From contig JBHGNT010000016.1 in NCBI GenBank assembly GCA_043228905.1, positions 18,290,001-18,354,000 on the forward strand: a stretch of 64,000 nt of DNA. Reading direction: 5' to 3'. Below the pieces are notes generated by a model that had not been told where the DNA came from, did no database searches, and saw nothing but the letters and a program-made list of their open reading frames with translations. The position numbers and the translations under genes were made by a program. Below, one piece after another: positions 40,157-50,206 of the stretch. This DNA comes from Azolla caroliniana (taxonomy: Eukaryota; Plantae; Polypodiophyta). The stretch's first letter is position 1. Each line of letters begins with the position of its first letter.

Positions 40157-43100
40157 ATGACGCCTCCCCAATTTATCAAACTCCTCCACGCATACTACCC
40201 CGACGCAGGGTGTGGTTCCTTAGTCATTCCAGTGGTGTTCAACAATACCCGATGTACTTACCGGGTTCCCACGGCCGCCACGCAGCTCAAGTACCTCGAA
40301 CCCAACGTGTTCGCCACTCTCTCACGACTTGGCCTTAAGTTCTTCCTTGGGATCGGGCCGTGGGGCGTCCTACCCGAACTGGTCAACCGTTTCCTCATCG
40401 GGTACAACCCCGATACGGGCCACGTCAATATTGTTGGGAGACAGGTCCCTTCGAATGGGAAGGGAGAAGAACAGTGACGACGAACAACCTCGGCCGAGAC
40501 CGATAGGCCGAGGCCGAAACCGGAAGAGGAGTACCCGGCTACGGAGAGCCGGATGGTGCAGACCCGGTATGAACCGGATGAGGAGTACCCAGCTGCGGAG
40601 AGCCGGATGGTGCAGACCCGGTATGAACCGGATGAGGAGTACCCGGCTGCGGAGAGCCAGATGGTGCATACCCGGTATGAACCGGATGAGGAGTACCCGG
40701 CTACGGAGAGCCGGATGGTACAGACCCGGTGAGAACCGAATGAAGAGACATATTTGTAAATATGTTTCTGAGAGTCCATCGAGGCTATATTTGTAAATAG
40801 CCGAAAAGTCATATTAGTATAAATATGACTTAGGGCAAACTTTTAGTAACGGTTGTAGTTGTTGTCATTTTCTTGTTGGTGCAAGAAGAAGAGAGAGCAT
40901 GTAACAGTGTACAGAGAGAGAGAGAGAGAGAAAGAGGTCGTTGCCTCTATTGTAACCGCCGCCTGTGGCGAAGATCGTGAGCACGAGGTCATTGCCTCCG
41001 AGAACTCACTATTTGTACATTCTAATATAGTGATAGTCTGTAGCCTGTGGGCTACCGTGGTTTTTCCCTCAATTTGGGTTTTCCACGTAAACATCCTGTC
41101 TACCTTTTCTCTCCTTTGTGTCGTGCATTTGTTTCCCGTTTTCTGTGTATGATCCTAAGCTCAGTTGTGGCCAAGCGTTGCGCAAAGGGAGCGTTGAGTT
41201 CCCGTCAAATATGCAGCCTTTCGTGGACTCCCCCCCGTCGCATTCCAGTTCACCGCGGCCGACGTTTGTGCTACGTTGCATTTACCCCTCGAGGGCGCCC
41301 CCTTCCGCACCACGAGGACCCCGGGGGTTGTCCCCGGCATCATTCCTGTTGCCTACGTCGAATATTCTGGACGTGAAGGGTGGCGTTACACCGAAATCCC
41401 TCTCCATCTCCACGACCGTTGTAGCGCCATAGCCCAAATCGGCGACACCGCATCTACCGATGCCACCGCTCGTAACACCGGTGAGTACCTCAAGTGGGCA
41501 CATGATCCACAACTAGTCCAGTGGGCTCACGAGCTTGTCCACCGGGTCCGAGAATGGCACACATGGCCCAAATCGACTGTCAATTTCGCGTGGTTCCCCA
41601 CCCGCTACTTGTGCACAAAGTTCAGCATCGGACCCCCCACCCCTCCCTTCGTACGCTGCCAAGAACGCTTCCGCAAGATCACTATCCCAGGCCAACTCGA
41701 ACGCCTTCGTCTCCCCGAACGCGACTTTTTACGACAAGTACACCAAGGTGAACAGGCACAGCCACCAACACACAAACAACCCCCGATCACCCACGTGTCA
41801 GCCGAAGCTAACCTCGACACCCCTGAGGATATCACGAATCGTGTCAAGGAATTCCAGACACACGAGTTCACCCCCACCGAAATCCAAGCCTTGTCCACCA
41901 CTTTCCACTATGTGTCACATCAGACCACAACCACGACTGCGCGTTCCCGCAATTGCACCACTGAGTCAATCTTACGCGACCAACGGAACCCACCAACCCC
42001 ACCTCCACCCACCTCGCCAACCCCTCAACCCCACGAATCCTCTCCCCCTGCTCCGGCCACAACTACCCCACCTTTCCCGTCCACCACCACCGATGACACC
42101 CCGCAACCCCAACCCCATAAACTCGCCCGCCACGCCGCTCCCAACCCCGAAACCCCCGACCGGCCCCCAACCGCCACCCCGGCAGTTCCCCTCCAACCCA
42201 CCCTCGCCCCCGCCCAAATGACAACCCCGCTTCCGCCACCCCCCTCCCGACCTCCGTGCCCTACTCGACCTCCCTCACTGCAATTAATACCCACCCTACC
42301 CCCTCCCTCACCGTCCCCCCAAACCCTTAACCGACATGGTGGCCGACCTCCTAAAGATCACTACCGTCGTGAACCATTGTCTACTTCAAGTTCAGGCACA
42401 TGCCCAATAGACCGCCATCGACCAACACGAGACGTCTACACGGAACGAGATCTTGGTCGCTGAGGTACGGAGCACCCTCCATACCAACGCATGCCAAGCG
42501 GCCGCCCACGACCTCCTCAAGCAAGAACTCCTGACAACGCAAACCCGACACCAACAACTCGCTGATGAATTCCAACAAGCTCGGACAACCTGGCACCACG
42601 ACCAGGAACGCGCAGCGCAAACACATGTTGAACTTTCGGCCGAGTACGCCCGCCTCACCACCCAACACCAACTGACCGAGGCCCGCCTCGTAGTCGTGAC
42701 GACTGATCTCTCCAAACGGTCCGAGGCCCTGGCCGCCGCCATGGCCACCACTCACCAACTCACGAGCGAGATCACCACCCTCAAGGCTGAACGAGACACC
42801 ATGATCCACCAAGTCGAAGTCGCCAATGAACGCAATCGATGTCTCCTCATCAAACACCGCCGCCAATGCGCCGACCTCGAAAAGGACATCCTTCAACTCC
42901 GCACGTCCAAAGCCGCCCTTGAACATGCCCTCACCCCCGGTGTGACGGACCCCTCCACCGTTCAAACCCCTCTCCTTACCCTAGCTGGCTCTCCGAATAT
43001 GATCCAGGCATTCTCGGTGTACGTGACCTCGACCTCCCTGCTCTCCGAACTTTTCACTGCACCACGCACACCACACACCCTCCTCATCCAAGCAACGTGC

Positions 43101-43670
43101 GTCCTTCGGTCGTTAGCCGCCACGTGTCGCATATTCTTTGACGAAACCACACCCCCAGACCGGCAGACCTTCATCCGAGTACTCCCCGGAGACAACCACG
43201 CCCTCGCCCTCTTCATGTTATACCAGGAAGCCACCGAAGAACCTGCTCCCCCAGCCGGCGACCTCTTCCCCCAACACCTCCCCATTTTGTTCCTCGAAGG
43301 TATGGCCTACCTTCACACCGCCCTCACTCCCGACTTAGACATCTCCGACCTAATCTATTTCACCTACCCTTCTGATGTCACGATGCAAGTCACCGAAGAC
43401 CAGTTGGTCCACCTCTTCACAACACTGGTGTGCTTACACCACATCGCCGACACCCTCACCCGCACCCTGTTGGAAAACACAACGACCTCCATACCCCCTT
43501 TCGGTTTCCTCTGGCTAGTACGCGCTTGGCAAACTGCCTGGGACGTCGGGGTTCGTACTCACATATTCAGCATCGAATACGCCACGTTCAACTGGCCCAC
43601 CGACCTCGAGGCTGACGACATACCGGAATTAGCCTATACCTCGACGTTTCCTGCGAGTATCAACTCATGA
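40157..43670 (+). pseudogene. Extra ORF2 of the Athila-like element: PMD/Athila-ORF-like N-terminus, Pro/Thr linker, coiled coil; interrupted by a solo LTR and frameshifts
   Basis: After removing 40432-41212 and one frameshift in a C run, it reads LVNRFLIGYNPDTGHVNMQPF..FQFTAADVCATLHLPLEG. Continues through ORFs 41276-42463 and 42453-43670. Confidence 0.65.
40432..41207 (+). mobile_element. Solo LTR (776 bp)
   Basis: TGTTGGGA...TCCCGTCA ends with perfect TSD AATAT (40427-31, 41208-12). TATAAATA at about 40818. U5-like GTGGTTTTTCCC..GGGTTTTCCACG. 54-bp x4 tandem repeat at about 40526-40735. Confidence 0.9.
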
Positions 43671-43676
43671 CGTTCG

Positions 43677-44984
43677 ATGAGGCTCGTGCTCGTACCCTCC
43701 TACCCCTGCACCCCGCTTCTCCCCCCCCAGAGATCGACCTGGAGGGGGACCACGACTCACCTGATGAACCCGACACCTAGCCACCGCCTCGCCCTCGCCC
43801 TCCCTCCTCCCCGCCTCCAACAACCACCCCTCCCCATCTTCACTACACCTCCCTTAATCCACACCCCGAGCGCCCGCTTCAACGTTGCGGCCTTCTACGC
43901 TGATTTGGTCGACCGCTACCAACTCACCCATGGCCTCCAAACCGCCCTTGATTGCATCGAAAGTGGTACCAGATGGGACACTCGTCTCGACAATCAGTCT
44001 GCCGCCCCCATTCCATGGGAGTTCGACTTCTGCGTGACCCCCCTCCTCCTCACCCGCCTCTACAACTATTACCCCAAAGTCGCCTCTGAACCCCAAGTCG
44101 ACGTCTTCCTTTACCCCCATTTTTACCGTGATAAGATGTCTACTTGGGATGCCGTACACCCCACCCCCACTCGCGGGTGGCACCACCCCGTCGCCGACCC
44201 CCTCCTCGAACCTCCCGGCACCCAACCCCCATGGCGTCTCCCTTGGTTCGCACACACATCCTTCCGCGAATGGCTCGCCCGCCACCCCCCCGAGCTGCAC
44301 ACCAACCCCACCTTTTTTCCCCTTCCTCGTCGTTGGCCATGGCCCGATGTTCGTGCTGCCCAGGCACGCCTACCCACCCTTCAATTCAACTGGTTGTTGT
44401 TCCCCCGACCCCCGCGCACATCCCCGACCGAACCCGACATGATCCGGGTCATGTGACGATTCCTACGTACATACCTCGACGTCCCAGACCCTGACATTCA
44501 AGCCAGCCTTCGTTTTCTACAACTTCTACTCATTCTCCTTGACTCTGGCCCGTATGAAGCCCCCCCCTTCCAACGGCACAACCACCCAGCGTGGGGCCTT
44601 GCCTTTAATTTGAACAAAGGTCCAACTCGCCGCCAACTGGTCGGCCTCTGGACCCGCGTCAACATACTCCCCGCAATCTACAAACGGGATTTTGAAACCA
44701 TGATCGACACACGTTTTTTCCCCGCTTACATAAGCTTTAGTCGAAACCCCCCTTCTCCCTTCGTCGGCCACAACACCTGCACCTGGCTCACCGGCCCCAA
44801 GAAAGATTTCTTCACAACAACCGACCAACTGCAGGAAATCCGGCTACCACCACTGAACATCCGTCGTCTTCGCCATCATCTCCGCCGCCACCCGCCCCCC
44901 GACAAACCCCCCTACTCAATTCTACTCGCCCCCGACACCCGAAGCTCCCCTCCCACAGTGCACTCGGGAGTGTGCACTCATTAG
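43677..44984 (+). pseudogene. Extra ORF3 of the Athila-like element, unknown function
   Basis: 259-aa ORF that continues past one TGA and a probable C-run frameshift into ORF 44610-44984, ending at the PPT. Confidence 0.5.
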
Positions 44985-44995
44985 GTTGGGGGAGA

Positions 44996-45562
44996 TGTTA
45001 AGCATTGGGATAACAACACAACCAGTCACGAATAAGAACGCATCAACAAGGACGTAGTGCGAAGAGGAAACGGCAAGAGGAAAGGAAAGCAAAGAGACGG
45101 CCAAATGTGAAAGGCCCATACCCTAAATGTGAAAGCTATATAAACCACATAGTAGTGGCTTTGTGGGGGTTCTCCCATTTGTAAAGATCTCCTATTGATT
45201 AGAGCTAGAGCTTCCTCTCCTCTTTCTTGTAAACCTTTGAGCTTAAGAGAGATTAGTGAAGTGTTGAGTTAGAGAACACTAATCTCTCTCCTTGTTGGTA
45301 CTAGACCTCTTAGCAAAGAGGGTTAATAATAGACATACTCTTGCTTCTTATTGTCTATACTATCGATCTATTGTTTATGAGAGAGAGCTTGAGAGAGTGA
45401 GAGAGATATCGTGCTTAATCATTTACTAATCGTTGAGTGAGTGTGAGGCTCGGAGGTATTCGACAACCATCTCCGCTCGATTCGCCATCAAGAGGGTATA
45501 TGCCAGTCCGAATCCCGCACGACATCGAGGAGCTTACTCCATCAATACATAGATCCTTAACA
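44996..45562 (+). repeat. 3' LTR of Athila-like element
   Basis: Direct repeat of 30329-30894. Confidence 0.95.
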
Positions 45563-48385
45563 CCGGGGCACCTTTGAGATATCTCAAAATATGGGACACT
45601 GCATCCATATGATCTTTCCTCAGATCATGCATGTAGCGACTTACCACACTTACTGCAAATGAAATATCTGGACGGGTGTGAGTCAAATAAATTAGCCTAC
45701 CTACCAATCTTTGATGCCTTTCACAATCAACTTTCTCTTCTGCAAGTTCAATTAGCTTGATCTTTTGGTCGATTGGAGAAGCTACTAGCCTACAACCCAA
45801 CATTCCAGTTTCTGTGAGAAGATCTAATACATATTTTCGCTAACATAGAACAACTCCTTCTACTCCACGAGCTACCTCAATTCCAAGAAAGTATCGTAGC
45901 AATCCTAGATCCTTCACCTCAAACTCTTTACCCAATTGCACCTTCAATTGGGCAATTTCCCCTTCATCATTACCTGTGATAATTATATCATCCACATACA
46001 TAGCAAGTAATGTAGTATGCTCCTTGTGTTGTCGAAAAAACATTGTATGGTCTACATTTGTCTGTTGGTATCCCATACCCACCATAGCCCTTCTTAACCT
46101 GTCGAACCAGGCTCGAGGAGATTGCTTCAGTCCATAAAGCAACTTACTTAGTCTGGAAACCTTACCTATTGTTTGAATTGTACCAAAACCTGGGGGGACA
46201 TCCATGTACACTTCCTCCATCAACTCTCCATGAAGGAATGCATTTTTTACATCTAATTGATGTAATTTCCAATCCTTATTCATTGCTAAGGAAATAAGCA
46301 TTCTAACAGTGCTCATCTTCGCCACAGGTGCAAAAGTCTCATCGTAGTCAATGCCATATATCTGACTATATCCTTTAGCCACCAATCATGCCTTGTATCA
46401 ATCTATTTTTCCCTCTAGGGTCTGTTTTATTGTAAACACCCATTTGCACCCAACCGCCTTTTTTCCTGGTGGTAGTGACACAATCTCCCAAGTTTTGTTC
46501 TTCTCAAGAGCTCTGAGTTCTTCTTGCATGGCTGCTTTCCATTTTGGATCTTCTTTAGCAACCTACCAACACTTGGGTAAAGTGACAGAGTCTAATGATG
46601 CAGTGAATGCTCTATGTGTAACTGATATGTTAGAATAAGAGATAAACTGAGCAATATCATGAGGAAAACCATAACAATCATGAGGGACTCCTGCACTACT
46701 GCGAGAGGTCCTCCTAATCTCTATAGGAGAAGGAAAGGAAATCATATCACCTATGATTTCTAGGTTTAGGTGTTCTGTCGGTATTTTAGAAGTTGAGGCA
46801 GATCGGGACATGGAACTTGATGGCACATGTGGCACTGAAGATGTGTTCATATTTCCTTCTTTCTGCCTCCTCTTCCTTGTATACGCCTTTAGCTCCCCCT
46901 CAGCTTGAGTCCCAACACATATAGGCTCCTTCTTCTTTTCCTTCTTCCGTACCGCCTACGCTCACTTGTTTCTCAACTAATGTAGGGATCATTAAAGGAA
47001 TTGATCCTATTTTTAGCAACCTCTCACCATTATCTCCTTCCCTCATATTGTCAATCTCAATTAAGTCATCAAAGGGTGAAGTTACCCCTTGTTTATAATA
47101 TGGCTCTAACTCTCTGAAATGCACATCCATGTTCACAAATAATCTCTTCTCTGCTTGACTCCAGCAAACATAGCCTTTTTGTGTGGCAGAGTATCCCACA
47201 AATACACATTTTACCGCTTTAGGATCAAGTTTTCCTACAGATGGTCTATTGTCCTTTACAAAACACACACATCCAAACACCTTCAAAGGAAGGATTCCAG
47301 AGTTATTGCCTTGCAACAACTCACATGGAGACTTCCACTCCAATACTCTAGAGGGCATTCTATTGATCAATGTGGCAGTTGTCAAAACTACTTGTCCCCA
47401 CAACTGCTTTGGGACATTCATAGAAATCATCATGCTTCTCGTTACCTCTAGAAGATGTTTATTCTTCCTCTCTGCTACTCCATTTTGTTCTGGTGTATAT
47501 GGGCATGTAGTTTGATGTTGTATTCCTTGATCTGAGAGGTATGCCCTAAATGTCATATTAGCATACTCTGTTCCATTATCAGACCTCAACACTTTTACTA
47601 CTGCATCATATTGAGTTTGAACTGCTCTATGAAAATTTTTAAAACAAGCAAATACTTCATTCTTTTTCCTCATCAAATATAACCAAGTCACACGAGAGAA
47701 GCAGTCAATGAAAGAGACAAAATATCAATATCCATTAATAGAATTTGTGGAACATGGTCCCCAAACATCGGAGTGTATTACATCAAATGCATGGGAACTC
47801 TTATGACCTGAACTAGCATATGAGCTTTTAATAAGCTTACCAAATTCACATGCATCACAAACAAGTTTTGTTTTATCAACCTTTTCAAAAAGGTGTGGAT
47901 ACACCCGACTCAAAACGCCATAAGAGGTATGTCCCATACGTTGGTGGTAAAGTATCAACAACTCCTCATAACACATTTTAGATCCCCTTACATCTGTTCC
48001 CTCTACCATAGATGTTAATGTTGAATCCATCCCTTCACGATCCAAATACCATAGTCCACTATGCCATGTGCCAATCCCAAGTCTCCAACTTGTCCCTTTC
48101 TCCTGGAATATCACCTTGGGAATATCAAAAGAAACAACACAATTTAGTTGGTGTATGATAGAACTTATGGATAATAAGTTTACTGGAAAGAAGGAGCATG
48201 CAACACATTAGACAATGTCACAGAGTCGGTACATTTTACTGTACCTATACCCACTACAGGTTGTGTTGTACCGTCAGCAATTTGAATGCTTTCTGGCATT
48301 GATAAGTCAGTATACAAGGAGAATTCACTAGTATTACCTGTGGCATGCCTAGATGCACCAGAATCAATTATCCATTCCGGTTCTC
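45563..48385 (-). mobile_element. Ty1/copia pol (protease, integrase, RT); continuation of 29643-30328
   Basis: EWIIDSGASRH, HQRMGH..CDACEFGK, HSDVWGP, LRSDNGTEY, QNGVAERK, QLDVKNAFLHG, LYGLKQSPRAW, MYVDDII, TRPDISFAV. gag and 5' LTR are missing. Confidence 0.93.
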
Positions 48386-48394
48386 TGATACCAA

Positions 48395-49036
48395 TCTTCA
48401 GACGGACGACATCTTCACCAAAGCCTTAAGAGCCGACAAGCTTCGGCAATTCATGTCAGGCCTTGGATTGACGATCCCTGACTTGCCAAGCTTGAGGGGG
48501 AGTACAAGCACGAACCGGATACCGTCTAAACCGGGTATGAGCCGAAGTGGACACCAATCAAAAGGAACCAACCCGAGTTGAGCTTGAGGGGGCATTTTGA
48601 GAATCAAGCTCAACATAGTGCAACGTGTGAACACACCTTTTGAGAATCCATGATTACTCAAAGGTCAAGAGTCACACCACTACTCTCTACACATTAACTA
48701 TGTGTCATAGAATCATATTCTATGACACATAACTAATGAGTTACATATTCCCCATGGCTATGAGTCTTAACATTCCCCAAGAGAGAGAGTGGTTGTTGTA
48801 AAGTTAATGAAGAGAGAGGGTGACTCTATATAAAGCACCCTCCTCATACTTCATACTAAGTCGGTTGTGACTCCTTATTATGCTACATTTTGTAATTCTT
48901 ATTCTACTTGTGAAATATACACCTTCTTCTTGAGTATTTTATTTGTCTTTTCTATCTATCTAGTGTTCTCTCATCTCTCCTCTAATTCCTCTCACACATA
49001 CACATAACACACATCTCTTCCGCTACACAAGAATCA
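48395..49036 (+). mobile_element. 3' end of another Ty1/copia element (RNaseH tail, PPT, LTR)
   Basis: LQTDDIFTKAL..LGL..LRGS, then TTGAGGGGG PPT at about 48585, then an LTR-like block with TATATAAAG ending ...AATCA. Confidence 0.7.
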
Positions 49037-49791
49037 TACCCGATTCTTTACATATATGATCCAAATACCTTCGGAAAGTAGCACATAGTCAATCACACTA
49101 TTTCCATTGTGTTTTCTACATGTAAAACCATTAGTGTTGGGCCATAAGGAAATATCATTTGCAATAAGCAATCCGGTGCTATTGCACATTTGTAGGAGTA
49201 ACTTCCCAAATTGGTCCGGATCTTTTTCATCACTAGAAGGGCGGCTATACATTTGCATATCCTCTTGCATCCTTGAGATATGTGGCATGAAAGATTCTTG
49301 TGAATCAAGTTGGAAACTTCTTGTACAAGCATTCATGTCAGCAAAGACAATAACTTCCCCTTTGGATTTGAAATAAGCAATATCATCTTCTAGATTGGCA
49401 AAAGGTTGATATTTATCCAAACAAGCATAAAAGTTAGAATCTTGATGAGAAATGTAACACCCAACTACAAAATTGGGCAAATCATTAGGTGTTTCTATTT
49501 TGAGCCATATGTAGCATTTATGTTCATCATTTTTTATGATTGTCACATATTTCTCTATTTCCTTCTTAATCAAACATGTCACCCCCCTTGTCCTCTTCTT
49601 TGTCTTGGATTTTTCTTCCATATCAAAGAGTGTACATTATAGTTTCCTAAACCTTGAATCCTTTGAGTATCATGCTCCCATGTTTCAACAAGAAGTGTGA
49701 TATCTGAGTCATCGGTGAACTCCTCTATGCCAAATCCTGCATTCCCTGTGTATCCGTTGCAATTCCAAAAGCATAGTCGTAAAAGGCGTGG
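49037..49791 (-). mobile_element. LINE ORF2 AP-endonuclease fragment
   Basis: LCFWNCNG, LVETW, GVTCLIK, IWLKI, GCYI, ADMNA, NG..FT..SVIDYVL. The 5' continuation lies at 55449-55690. Confidence 0.88.
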
Positions 49792-50206
49792 GTTAGTGTC
49801 AGGAACGGTACTAAGACAGAGAAGGAATTAGTACTAAACGAAGGATTAGTACTATGAGAGGTGTAGAACTTCTTCGAGAGAAGGAAGAAGTGAGCGAGAC
49901 GGAGAGAAAGAGAGAGATTGAGAGAGGGAGATATTTATTATATGAAGAGAATATACACTGGTGGCTAAAAGGCTTAAGACTGGCATTGAACCAATTTGGT
50001 TCAACATAATGCCTAGTGCCCTCTTTTATAGTGTTTTCAGGAGTAATCCTGAAGCTTCTAGAATGTTCCAGAGAAATCTGGAATATACACTAATTTCCTA
50101 GAATAAAATGTAAATGAAAATAATATCCTATGTATTACAATAGATGGTCTAATGGTCAAGAGCTCGATCCATATAACCTAAGGTCATGGGTTCGAGTCTT
50201 GCCATA

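Larger units (their letters stand above)
30329..45562 (+). mobile_element. Full-length Athila-like Ty3/gypsy LTR retrotransposon (15.2 kb) with extra 3' ORFs
   Basis: LTRs at 30329-30894 and 44996-45562 (TG..CA, about 13 transitions + 1 indel by eye). TSD ACGGG/CCGGG; removing the element restores copia LKGAPGKGLIF. PBS TGGTGCCGCTGCCGGGGA (Athila/tRNA-Asp type). PPT at 44981-44995. Confidence 0.95.

Noticed and set aside
38788-40189. Long Phe-rich, Lys-rich or Pro-rich ORFs
   Set aside because: By-products of low-complexity and tandem-repeat sequence in several frames.
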